Virus record (IMG/VR): IMGVR_UViG_3300033407_000033
Coordinates: 1 to 45,128 of that record
DNA: 45,128 nt
Reading direction: 5' to 3' (one strand)
DNA from: a virus
Lineage: Duplodnaviria; Caudoviricetes
The number at the start of each line of letters is the position of its first letter. Position 1 is the stretch's first letter. A program made the translations under genes and the position numbers. The notes under the pieces are model-generated. The model had not been told where the DNA came from and made no database searches. It saw only the letters and a program-made list of their open reading frames with translations. Positions 7,594 through 17,078 of the stretch are shown here, piece after piece.

Positions 7594-10323
7594 ATGGCAT
7601 CGATAGAAGAATTAAAACGAACAATCGACCTGGAAGACCTGGCATCGAGGCTGGGCTTAAAACGACCGCAGGCTAAAGGCAACTGGTGTTCACCGCATCA
7701 CGATGACAAGAACCCTTCGCTCTCTATTTTCCAAAAAAACGGGGCGTGGTATTTCAAGGACTGGTCCGGCAGTGAGGATGATGCCGGCACGTGCATTGAT
7801 TTTCTTGTGTATCTGGAAGGCTGTGATGTGGCTGAAGCCGTGCGCCGGCTGCATGAGATTTATAACCTGCCGATGGACCGCGACACGCGCCAGGTGTCGC
7901 GGGAGAAATCACGCGCTGAATTCATAGCGGACAAATGCCGGGACCAGGCAGAGCTCGCTTTGCCTTATTTGATCGAACAACGCGGCATTACGGAGAAAAT
8001 TGCACGCCGTGCCATTGAGTTGTTTGCGGTGGGCTACAACGATTGGAAAAACACCGCGAAAGAACCCGGTACGATTGGCCATGGTGGCCCTGCCGTGGCG
8101 TTCATTGTGAAGGCACTGAATCCCGGGCGCATTGTGGGCGTGGACATGCGCTATCTGGATCCGGACCTGAATGGCGGATTGAAAACCCAGTCCCAGGGGG
8201 AGAAAGAGGGTTATCCCTGGTTCCTGGATTATCAGCGGTTGCTGAGTGCGCATACGGTGTATGTGGTGGAATCATCCATTAATGCATTATCGATTGAATG
8301 TTGCGAGATGCCCTACACCGCGGCGATCGCCGTGCGCGGGACCAAGGCGCTGGATAAAATCGACTGGAGCTTATTTGCCGGCAAACAGATGGTGCTGGCA
8401 TTCGATAATGATGAACCGGACAAGCGTAACCGCTGCGCCGGCCAGGAAGCGAGCTGGAAGTGTTATGAGATTCTGACCGCAAAAAATATTGCGGCGGTGA
8501 TGGTTGACCAGGGCGAATGGGAATGGAATGACGTTAACGATTTATTGAAAGAAAAAGGACCGGATGAACTCAAATACAAACTGAAAAATTTCCAGCCCTG
8601 GGCCATTCAGGGAATGCCCGGAAAACTGGAGCAGCTGCGCGGACGTGCACGGCTGCATTTGCCGGGGCATGATTATGGCCAATACTGGCGTTATCGCGTG
8701 AAGCTGGATTTTACAACCCACATTACAAAATTCGACACGGATGCCGAAACCGGTGAAGAAAAATTATCATTCCAGGATCTGTGTGGTTTTCGTGTGGCAT
8801 CGATATCGAGGATCCGTGTTGCCAGTGCCGCGAGTGTGCTCTCCGGAGACAAGGACCTTTCACCGCGGCACATGTTTGCAGTCAGTGTGCAGGCCCCACG
8901 TCATGGAGCGCATTTGCAACGTCGTGTATTTGAAGACGATGATCTGCACAATGTTGATCAGTGGAAAAAGTTTGGCCCAGTATTTTCACCTTCGCAATTT
9001 TCACGCCTGGTCAGCATACTCGAACGGTCTGCAGATCTCGGTGCGCGTGATGCGATTAATTTTGTCGGCATCGGCTGGCTGGATGGTAAACCGGTAGTGA
9101 ATGAGGGGCCGGATTGTTATTTCTCGGATCCGGATCAGCAGTGTCCATATTCCAGGCTGCGGTTTCCTTCCGGAACTCCAGCACAGGCACGCACCGTCAT
9201 CGAGGCCTATGCAAAAACATTTAAAGATCACCAGGCATTATTAACACTGGCCTGGGTATTGGGTGGCCATCTGAAAGCCTTCCTTGGATTCTGGCCACAC
9301 CTGGTGATGCAGGCGCCCAAAGGTGCGGGCAAATCAACACTCACGAAACGGCTGGAAAATACAGTCGGCATTACTGTGTTCGGGCATGAGAGCATGACGA
9401 CCCAGTTCCGGGTGCTCACTACGGTCAGCCACACGTCGCATGCGGTCGGCTGGGAGGAAATATCTGCCGGCAGACAGGAAATCATTGACCAAGCGGTGAC
9501 CACGCTGCAGCAGAGTTATCAATATGCAGTTACCCGGCGCGGGGCCAAGATGGTGGAATTTGTGCTTTCTGCGCCAGTATTGTTGGCCGGTGAAGACGTG
9601 CCGGTGAAGTCGCTGGAAGGCAAAGTGATGCGGGTGGACCTGACAGACCGCAAAGGTGAACCATTGCCTGCCACCCTGCCGCAATTCCCGGTGCGCCAGT
9701 GGCTTGAATTTCTTGCATCAATGCGTAAGGAGCGGGTGCAGGAAATTTACGCTGAGGCCGTTTTTTACTGCCAGGAGCATTCCAGCGCCCGCAAGGATGA
9801 CAACATAGCCGAGCGCATGGTGGCGAATTACGGGGCGCTGCTGACCGCCTGGCGGCTGGCTGCTGAATTTACCGGAATATTGCCCGGGCAATACAACCTG
9901 GAAGAAGACCTGACCACGGCCATGAACCGTCACATCGTTGACACGGAAGCGGACCGCGAACCCTGGGTATGGATTATGGAAGTCATCCTGAGCGAGCTGG
10001 ATTCGAACCGCTACCGGCACCCATACGTGTGGGACACGTATAAAGGCGATGAGGTGCTGTATCTGCGCCACAACGATATGATCAACCATATCCGCACGAA
10101 CACGCACCTGCGCGACTTCTGGAACACGCTGCCGGTCAAAACGGGGCGGGTGTTACGGCAGCAGCTGCGCCGCGCTGGCGTGATTGTGAATGAAGACGGT
10201 GACAAGGTTATCGGCTCACGCCGGGTTAACCACATGCTCGTTTTAAGCTGCCCACAGCTAGAAAGATACGGCCTGACTCCTGCTCCAGCAGGTGAACAGG
10301 ACCTGTTTTCACCCTCTACTTAA
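7594..10323 (+). CDS. DNA primase-helicase (degenerate CHC2 zinc finger, TOPRIM, P-loop helicase)
   Basis: SPHHDDKNPSLSIF; TOPRIM VVESSINALS, AFDND, DVNDLL; Walker A APKGAGKS; Walker B GWEE. Confidence 0.88.
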   Translation: MASIEELKRTIDLEDLASRLGLKRPQAKGNWCSPHHDDKNPSLSIFQKNGAWYFKDWSGSEDDAGTCIDFLVYLEGCDVAEAVRRLHEIYNLPMDRDTRQVSREKSRAEFIADKCRDQAELALPYLIEQRGITEKIARRAIELFAVGYNDWKNTAKEPGTIGHGGPAVAFIVKALNPGRIVGVDMRYLDPDLNGGLKTQSQGEKEGYPWFLDYQRLLSAHTVYVVESSINALSIECCEMPYTAAIAVRGTKALDKIDWSLFAGKQMVLAFDNDEPDKRNRCAGQEASWKCYEILTAKNIAAVMVDQGEWEWNDVNDLLKEKGPDELKYKLKNFQPWAIQGMPGKLEQLRGRARLHLPGHDYGQYWRYRVKLDFTTHITKFDTDAETGEEKLSFQDLCGFRVASISRIRVASAASVLSGDKDLSPRHMFAVSVQAPRHGAHLQRRVFEDDDLHNVDQWKKFGPVFSPSQFSRLVSILERSADLGARDAINFVGIGWLDGKPVVNEGPDCYFSDPDQQCPYSRLRFPSGTPAQARTVIEAYAKTFKDHQALLTLAWVLGGHLKAFLGFWPHLVMQAPKGAGKSTLTKRLENTVGITVFGHESMTTQFRVLTTVSHTSHAVGWEEISAGRQEIIDQAVTTLQQSYQYAVTRRGAKMVEFVLSAPVLLAGEDVPVKSLEGKVMRVDLTDRKGEPLPATLPQFPVRQWLEFLASMRKERVQEIYAEAVFYCQEHSSARKDDNIAERMVANYGALLTAWRLAAEFTGILPGQYNLEEDLTTAMNRHIVDTEADREPWVWIMEVILSELDSNRYRHPYVWDTYKGDEVLYLRHNDMINHIRTNTHLRDFWNTLPVKTGRVLRQQLRRAGVIVNEDGDKVIGSRRVNHMLVLSCPQLERYGLTPAPAGEQDLFSPST

Positions 10324-10435
10324 TCCCCCATATCCCCTAAAAATGAACAGTGCACTCAAAATACTGCAACAAAAGTACCGCTGGGCGGATTCGCTCATGC
10401 TGGCTGGCCGGGATGCGGAGATACGCAGCCAAAAC

Positions 10436-10858
10436 AGGTGGGACTGTCGGTTTTTCGCCGCTAAGCTATTGAATGGCTACAAAAACCCGTTCACAGGTTT
10501 TCTTAAAAGTCCCACATGTTTGGTATCAAAGTCCCACATACATTATATATATGTCCCACATGTTGCTTTTTTCGGTTTTCCGCCCCTATATCTATCTATC
10601 TCTTTATTTTTAAAAGAAAAAGAGAAAGAGAAGCAGGGAGAAAACAGGGCATGGCAATTCCACATAAGTTATCCACTGGTTAATTTTTGTCCCACATGTT
10701 GTCCTGCGCTTTTGCGATTTTATGTGGGACTTTTAAAAATCAGCGTCTTTATAAATCAGGCAGTTATAAGTAAATATGTGGGACCATTAATGAAGTTGTG
10801 GGACGTGTTTTGTTTAAATTTCAATGACATAACCCAAAAAACAGCAAAAGTCCCACAT
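10436..10858. other. Iteron-rich AT-rich region, probable replication origin
   Basis: GTCCCACAT at 10509, 10531, 10553, 10689, 10850; inverted ATGTGGGAC-like at 10436, 10722, 10776, 10796; directly after primase-helicase. Confidence 0.7.
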
Positions 10859-10896
10859 AAAAATCTGCCCCCACTCCCCGCAAGAGGTGTCATTTA

Positions 10897-11910
10897 ATGG
10901 ATTTTGACCAGCTATTTGCCGATTTCGAGAGCTTCCTGGAACACAATGAAGGGCGATCGCCGCGCACATCGAGTAAGTACATCGGGTATCTGCGGAAACT
11001 ACAGGCCTGGTTAGAGGAGAAAAATTTATCCCTGGAACAGGTGACCACAGACCAGCTGGAAGAATTCACCGGCATCTATATGCATCACCAGGGCTTGCGG
11101 CCACGGTCCCGCCGTGCGGTGGTGTCCGGAGTAAAAAAATTCTATGGCTGGCTGCGACGTAAAAAAATAATCACGGTGGATCCTGCGAAAGAATTGTTAT
11201 CACCGTATGCCGGCAGGTCCCTGCCAGTGCCGATGGATCTGCATCATGCGGAATCATTAATGATGGCGCCTGGTATGAAGTCATTCCTGGGCAGGCGGGA
11301 CACGGCCATTATCTCTTTGATGATAGGTTGCGGTTTGCGTGTATCCGGAGTGATAGGCCTGAATGAATCGAACCTGGTGTTCTATCCGGATGAGCGTAAA
11401 CGGGAACGCCTGGCTGTGCGTGTGATGGAGAAAGGAAAAAAAGAACGCATTGTGCCGGCCCCGGATGAATGCTGGGCACTCTTACGTGCGTACCTCGGAG
11501 ATCCGGAACTGGATGAGATTGATCGCAGCCTGCCCAATGGTGATCAGGTCTTGTTTGTCAGTGTTGGCAATCGCAATGTGCCACCAGATAAATATCACGG
11601 TGAGGCACGCCGGCTGAAACGTGGTGCAGTATGGGACCTGATACGGAAACATGGTAAGCATGCAGGCATCCCGAAACATCAGCTGCACCCGCATGCCCTG
11701 CGACATACGTTCGGTACTGAAATGGCAGAGGCCGGCATCGATATCCTGGAACGCCAGGCATTAATGGGGCACGCTGATGCCTCGAGCACCGAGATATATA
11801 CCCACATGGCACAACGCAAGCTGCGCAGTGCTATCGATAAAGGTAATCCACTACGTCGCATCAACACGCCAGTGACTGAGTTGTTGAAGTCGTTGGACCA
11901 TAATCACTGA
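10897..11910 (+). CDS. Tyrosine recombinase (XerC/D-like, with N-terminal core-binding domain)
   Basis: GCGLRVSG, KGKKER, HPHALRH, LMGH...TEIYTH catalytic motifs. Confidence 0.92.
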   Translation: MDFDQLFADFESFLEHNEGRSPRTSSKYIGYLRKLQAWLEEKNLSLEQVTTDQLEEFTGIYMHHQGLRPRSRRAVVSGVKKFYGWLRRKKIITVDPAKELLSPYAGRSLPVPMDLHHAESLMMAPGMKSFLGRRDTAIISLMIGCGLRVSGVIGLNESNLVFYPDERKRERLAVRVMEKGKKERIVPAPDECWALLRAYLGDPELDEIDRSLPNGDQVLFVSVGNRNVPPDKYHGEARRLKRGAVWDLIRKHGKHAGIPKHQLHPHALRHTFGTEMAEAGIDILERQALMGHADASSTEIYTHMAQRKLRSAIDKGNPLRRINTPVTELLKSLDHNH

Positions 11911-12344
11911 CACCATAACTTCGAGATATGACGAGATAGACGCAGGCATGTTTCCGGGCTCACAATGGCATACAGAAAATAGAGACTGTAACCCCGGCAC
12001 TATAAAAGAGTGTAGACAGGTAGGATGTTTCCGAGCAGTCGCGGATGTGTCGAGAATTTGACTTTTGAATGGGCTAAAACAAATAGGCATACAGAAACGC
12101 AACTGCGCACAATGACAAAAGGCGCAGGTCACACACACGGCAGCACAGTGGAATCATGAGGTTACAGAGCACGTGGAATCAGGAAAGCGCAGGTCAATAT
12201 CAGGAATGACAGCAGCACGGCACCAGGCACAAGGGGTGGGGGCTCGGCATGGATGGACCGCCATCGGCCATGGAGGGGGAGGGTACCAGAATATCTGCAA
12301 TAAAACCTGGCGCTGCCTTAGCGCGGACACGCTGCGCGTGTCGT

Positions 12345-12353
12345 TGCTATAAT
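12345..12353 (+). promoter_or_regulatory. Extended -10 promoter of serine integrase (leaderless mRNA predicted)
   Basis: TGcTATAAT 6 nt before ATG 12360; no SD; hairpin GACACGC-TGC-GCGTGTC at 12326-12342. Confidence 0.6.
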
Positions 12354-12359
12354 CGAAAA

Positions 12360-13997
12360 ATGAAAAATAAAACTGCAGTGATACAGGTGCGTGTGAGTTC
12401 GAAGCGGCAGGCCGATAAGGAGTTGCCGCTGGAGTCGCAGTTACAGCGATGTCAGGACCTGGCCAAGCGATTAGGCACCACGGTTACTCGCGTGTTCGTA
12501 GAGAAAGGGCAATCAGGGTGGTCTGGCCCAAGGCCCGTATTTGAGGAAGCTCTGCAATATTGCGAAAAGACGCTTCCGGATTATTTTATTACATGGTCTA
12601 CAAGCCGTTTTTCCCGTAACCAGGAAGTATCGATTTCATCCCGGGCCAGGCTGGAAAGGGTTGGTACTGAAGTCGCGTATGCATCATTCGATGCCGGCGC
12701 GGATCCTGATACCAGATTTTTAAGTATCGGGTTCCGCGAATTAATGGATGAATATAAAAGCCGTGAAATATCAAAAGATACAAAACGATCAATGGCCAGA
12801 AATGCACAGAATGGATTTTGGAACGGCGGCAGGGTTCCATTTGGATATATGTTGCATCGAACAGAGTCCGGAAGGCAACGCCTTGTGATTAACAATATTG
12901 AAGCTAGGGTAGTTAGAAAAATATTCAGCATGCGTTTGTCTGGTAAAGGATCCTTGTTAATTGCCAGAGAGTTAAATGAAAATCATGAATACAATCGAAA
13001 TGCCGGGTGGAATAAATCTTCAATTACGAATGTTTTAAAAAGTGAGGCAGTGCATGGCTGTGTTGCCTATGGCAAACGCACCAGGCCTTCCCGGAGGTTG
13101 TTACCCAGGGACCAGTGGATCATAGTAAAAAGCCATGAAGCCATTATAGATGATGAAACATGGAATAAAGTACAGGTATTAATTTCTGAATCAACTCCTA
13201 CACAAGGATCCGGATCTCCACGTAGCAAATTTATTTTTTCAGGGTTGATGAGATGTGGCCAGTGTGGGGGAAGTTTGCAGATAGAAACAGCCCGTAATAG
13301 TGCCGGGACAACGTATGCATACTATAATTGCAGAAATGCACTAAAGAATGGTACGTGTGATAATCGCAGGATTACAGCTAATGAGCTTGATAATTTTTTG
13401 ATTGATGCAGTTGTTGGCCGCGTATTAACGAAAAGGAATATGGAACAAATATTTCATGACATGCAAAAAGCCTGTGGCGCCTTTACGAAAGAACAAAAAA
13501 CAAGGATTGTTACTCTTAATATAGAGATACGGGAACTGCAGAGGAGGAATGAGAAATTAATGGCCACGATTGAGGAGCACAATTCTGAAATAGCTGATAT
13601 GTCTTTATTGGTGAACAGGATGAATGTAAATAATGCCCGTATTCAGTCAGCGGTTGCTGAGATAGAAGAAATCGAATCATGCCCTGTGCCTGAAATCAGT
13701 TTGACTGCTGAGGAAGTGGGGAAATTGAGCAGTTTTTGCCGTAAAGTGATTAAAACAACCCGGAATCCGGAAAAGACCAGGGGGTTTTTAAAGGCGATGA
13801 TAGAGAGGGTTATAATCCGTGATGCCACGGCAGAAATCTATTACAGGCCTGAGCTGCTTATGCGCAAGCAAAATGTTCATAGTAGTGGTTGGTTGGCTCC
13901 CCGGGACGGCCATACTCTGAACACTCGGGGAAGAATAATAAAATCAAAGAGATTCGTAATTAATTTACCGGAACGCTGGCATAGGAAGGTGGCGTGA
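12360..13997 (+). CDS. Large serine recombinase (integrase)
   Basis: Catalytic RVSSKRQ, SG..GPRP, SRFSRN; recombinase domain GGRVPFGY; zinc ribbon CGQCG...YYNC...C; coiled coil. Confidence 0.93.
   Translation: MKNKTAVIQVRVSSKRQADKELPLESQLQRCQDLAKRLGTTVTRVFVEKGQSGWSGPRPVFEEALQYCEKTLPDYFITWSTSRFSRNQEVSISSRARLERVGTEVAYASFDAGADPDTRFLSIGFRELMDEYKSREISKDTKRSMARNAQNGFWNGGRVPFGYMLHRTESGRQRLVINNIEARVVRKIFSMRLSGKGSLLIARELNENHEYNRNAGWNKSSITNVLKSEAVHGCVAYGKRTRPSRRLLPRDQWIIVKSHEAIIDDETWNKVQVLISESTPTQGSGSPRSKFIFSGLMRCGQCGGSLQIETARNSAGTTYAYYNCRNALKNGTCDNRRITANELDNFLIDAVVGRVLTKRNMEQIFHDMQKACGAFTKEQKTRIVTLNIEIRELQRRNEKLMATIEEHNSEIADMSLLVNRMNVNNARIQSAVAEIEEIESCPVPEISLTAEEVGKLSSFCRKVIKTTRNPEKTRGFLKAMIERVIIRDATAEIYYRPELLMRKQNVHSSGWLAPRDGHTLNTRGRIIKSKRFVINLPERWHRKVA
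13874..13923. other. Putative attP inside the integrase 3' end; core resembles a tRNA 3' end
   Basis: Inverted arms TGTTCATAGTA / TACTCTGAACA spanning 50 bp; core TGGCTCCCCGGGACGG = reverse complement CCGTCCCGGGGAGCCA. Confidence 0.7.
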
Positions 13998-14959
13998 TGG
14001 CTGGCCAGCAGCTGGTCCCGAAGAAGGACAGTATTAATTTCCATTGCAAGGCCTGCGCTTCAGGCCTCCCGCATTTTTTTGAAGCTGCACCCACAGAGGT
14101 CATTGACGCTCCGGATCAGGAGCACCATCCCTATAATTATTTCGCGCCATGCCCCAGCTGCGGCAGCCTTGCCGGTCAGGTGCAATGGGAAAAGAACCTG
14201 TTTAAGGCCTGGGCACGGTCCACCGGCCCGAAGACTCCGGAAGGCAAGGCCGCGGTGACTAAAAATATTGAGGGGCACCCCACCCCGGAAGAAGCACTCC
14301 GGACGCGGTTCAATGCAATGAAGCATGGACTGTTCGCCAGGACCGCAACCTATTTCCCGGCCAAGCCCGGCCAATATCCTCAGTGTGAAGGGTGCGAACT
14401 ACGTGAAACGGTATGCCCGGAGCAAGTGGCGTGCCTGAAAAAGACCGAGTTATTCATGAAACACCAGATCGCATTTGAGACACAAGACCCGAAAATGCTG
14501 ACCCTGCTGCGCTCCGACATGCAGTCCGCAGTCACCGCGATGATCAATGACATGATCTACACCATTATGCTTGACGGCGGCGTGCGCGTGAGATCACCGG
14601 AATGGTATTACGACAAGGATGGCGGGTTCCACCTGGCCAAATATACAGATGACGAAACCGGACAGCAGGTACAAATTTTCAAACTTGAAGAACACCCCCT
14701 GGTGAAACGGGTGATGGAGTTCATCCAGAAGAATGCCATGACGCTGGCAGACATGGAGATGACGCCAAAAACCAAGGATGAGGCGGATTCAATTCGTGGT
14801 TTCCTGGATGATACAAAACAAAAAACAGGTGATGCAGTTGAATATCAGAAACAGATCGCAAGCGGCATGAATGATATCCGTGACATGATTCGTGCCAGCC
14901 AGGAAAAAACAAAGCGGGACCCGGTATTGATAGAACATGGAGCGCAGGATCAGGAATGA
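13997..14959 (+). CDS. Probable terminase small subunit (Cys-rich)
   Basis: STGPKTPEGKA...NAMKHGL motif common in TerS-like proteins; upstream of TerL. Confidence 0.6.
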   Translation: MAGQQLVPKKDSINFHCKACASGLPHFFEAAPTEVIDAPDQEHHPYNYFAPCPSCGSLAGQVQWEKNLFKAWARSTGPKTPEGKAAVTKNIEGHPTPEEALRTRFNAMKHGLFARTATYFPAKPGQYPQCEGCELRETVCPEQVACLKKTELFMKHQIAFETQDPKMLTLLRSDMQSAVTAMINDMIYTIMLDGGVRVRSPEWYYDKDGGFHLAKYTDDETGQQVQIFKLEEHPLVKRVMEFIQKNAMTLADMEMTPKTKDEADSIRGFLDDTKQKTGDAVEYQKQIASGMNDIRDMIRASQEKTKRDPVLIEHGAQDQE

Positions 14960-15261
14960 ATCATAAATCACTGCAAGCCAACAGGGTGGAAATATCTCCA
15001 ATTAAAACGGGAGAATTTGTTATTTTTAAAGGCGCCGGCGATAGTGGAATGTACATTCAATTTGTATGCCCGTGTGGAAATTGTAAGGGACATGACACAT
15101 TGCCGATATCTGCTGATGAGAAAGTTGCTAATTCAAGTTCGCATTGCTGGCACTGGAATGGTGACATGGATAAGCCAACTTTAAAGCCAAGCCTGCAGAG
15201 AACCAGTGAATGTAAGTGGCATGGATTTTTAACCGGTGGAGTATTTGTTCCATGCCGGTGA
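14956..15261 (+). CDS. DUF6527-like protein
   Basis: CPCG...WHWNGDMDKPTLKPS...CKWHGFLTGG. Confidence 0.65.
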   Translation: MNHKSLQANRVEISPIKTGEFVIFKGAGDSGMYIQFVCPCGNCKGHDTLPISADEKVANSSSHCWHWNGDMDKPTLKPSLQRTSECKWHGFLTGGVFVPCR

Positions 15262-15488
15262 GTGATTTGAAATTACAGAGATTGAAAAAACGGGAAGAGA
15301 AGCTGGCCAGGCGGGTGCAGATGTTGAATGCCGGCAGAGCTGGTAAACCGAAGAACCCGGCAGCGCATAAGGATTATGTTGAATTGCTGGCTGTGCGGGT
15401 TGCGATTAAGCAAATAGAAAATGCAGATCCTCGTGATCTTGTGGCAAAAAACGCCGTAAATAATCTAGCGATGAATTTAATGAGATGA
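15258..15488 (+). CDS. Hypothetical protein
   Basis: GTGA/ATGA coupling with neighbours. Confidence 0.55.
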   Translation: MSDLKLQRLKKREEKLARRVQMLNAGRAGKPKNPAAHKDYVELLAVRVAIKQIENADPRDLVAKNAVNNLAMNLMR

Positions 15489-17068
15489 GCGCACCGGAAC
15501 GGGTTTCTGCAACGCAACGCATCCAGATGCAGAATGTGGCTGAGCGTGAGGTGATGCGTTATGCCGGCAATCATGCGTTGTGGCACAAGCACATCCACAA
15601 CGTGGAGCTCGACACCATGCAGATCCTGAAAATGATCGAAATGGACGAAAACCCGAACACTGTTGATTATTCTTGCCGGCGCACCGGCAAGACGGTGAAT
15701 AAAGAACTGTATTTGATGGAGTACAATGCCACTAATCCAGATCAGGAAGTGGGTATAGTTGCCCCGCGCGAAGCCCAGGCGATTGTGAATCTGAATTATC
15801 ATCTTGAAGCTATCCGGCGATCAGAAATACTGACCGCATATCTCATGTTCAAACGTGGCCGCACGCAGATAGCCGACACCTATTACCAGTTTTCCAACCG
15901 CTCAATAGCCAGATCATATGGCATCATGGCACAGGTTGACGGCGGCGATCTCACTGCTGCCTCACTGGAAGAAGTGGATGACATGCCGAAAGAAAGATTA
16001 TTCAGCCGGTTTTTGTTAATGCTGGGGTCCAGCAGACGGCTGGGAGCTGCCAAGGAGAGTGTTAATAAACCACAGATACGAATCACCGGCGTGTTCAAAG
16101 GTGCGGACACGCTCACCGGCCTGGTGAAAGGCGGACATTATCATTCGTTGCCGGTGTTGAATGTTTATCTCGGCATGGAAATGGGAATCTTAAATAAAAA
16201 ATTTATGGAAGAAATGCGGGACCAGCTGGCGCCGGATGAATATATCAGGCAGCTGCTGTGCATTAACGTATCAGCTCGCAATTTAATCTGGGAAATTTAC
16301 GTGCGCCGGGCCATGCAGGTGGGACTGGAATCAAAAATTGAAATTGTCGAACCAATGCCGGGATGCGTGTATAAAAAACGCGGACTGATTGCATTTGGCT
16401 ATGACCATTCCGGCCACGGTGAAAAACCGGAATCATCAAAATATGCATTTGTTGTGAAAGAAGCGATCGGGAATTTTGTATGTACTATTTTCGCACGCAC
16501 CTGGCCACCGGGAACCGATGAGCAAATCGTCCGACGGGATCTGTACGGATACTGGCGTTACTTTATGCCGGATACGGCGATTGGTGATGCGTATGGCATC
16601 GGCTTGCTGACACAATTGAATGATGATCTTTATGCCGCAGGCCTCACGCAAATAGACCGGCGCACGATTGGCGATGGTGAAAGCACGGCAACAACCTGGG
16701 TGGAATGGCCGTTTGCGCCTATTCGTTTTGAAGGAATGGTGAAACATTCCATGGCGCAGGCCTTGCGCAGCGTGTATCACAACCGTCAGGCGGTGCTGCC
16801 TTATATCGACGATCACGATTACACGGATCCGGCCATACAGGACATGCGCCTGTTGATTCGCCAGCTGTCCAATATCAAACCGGAGAAAAACAAAACGAGT
16901 TATTCCAGTTATGTGATGGTCAATGACAAGCTGGGCGATGATCTGTTTGATGCTGACATGGCCGCTAACTGGGGCCTGACAACACGCGGTGCTATAACCG
17001 TCAATACACATGTACTCACTCGTGCAGTCACGCGGGATGAAATGTTGAAATTACCTGCAGTCCATTAA
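15485..17068 (+). CDS. terL: Terminase large subunit
   Basis: Walker A CRRTGKT, Walker B ASLEEVDD, nuclease GYDHSG, GDAYG, DDLFDA; precedes portal. Confidence 0.85.
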   Translation: MSAPERVSATQRIQMQNVAEREVMRYAGNHALWHKHIHNVELDTMQILKMIEMDENPNTVDYSCRRTGKTVNKELYLMEYNATNPDQEVGIVAPREAQAIVNLNYHLEAIRRSEILTAYLMFKRGRTQIADTYYQFSNRSIARSYGIMAQVDGGDLTAASLEEVDDMPKERLFSRFLLMLGSSRRLGAAKESVNKPQIRITGVFKGADTLTGLVKGGHYHSLPVLNVYLGMEMGILNKKFMEEMRDQLAPDEYIRQLLCINVSARNLIWEIYVRRAMQVGLESKIEIVEPMPGCVYKKRGLIAFGYDHSGHGEKPESSKYAFVVKEAIGNFVCTIFARTWPPGTDEQIVRRDLYGYWRYFMPDTAIGDAYGIGLLTQLNDDLYAAGLTQIDRRTIGDGESTATTWVEWPFAPIRFEGMVKHSMAQALRSVYHNRQAVLPYIDDHDYTDPAIQDMRLLIRQLSNIKPEKNKTSYSSYVMVNDKLGDDLFDADMAANWGLTTRGAITVNTHVLTRAVTRDEMLKLPAVH

Positions 17069-17078
17069 GGAGATTGAT

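Noticed and set aside
10436-10858. CRISPR array
   Set aside because: Repeats are 9 bp, irregularly spaced and in both orientations; no cas genes
10292-10897. 201-aa ORF after the primase
   Set aside because: Spans the iteron array, has low-complexity composition and no RBS; probably spurious
12249-12359. N-terminal extension of the serine integrase
   Set aside because: The catalytic domain starts at MKNKTAV (12360) and a perfect extended -10 lies within the extension
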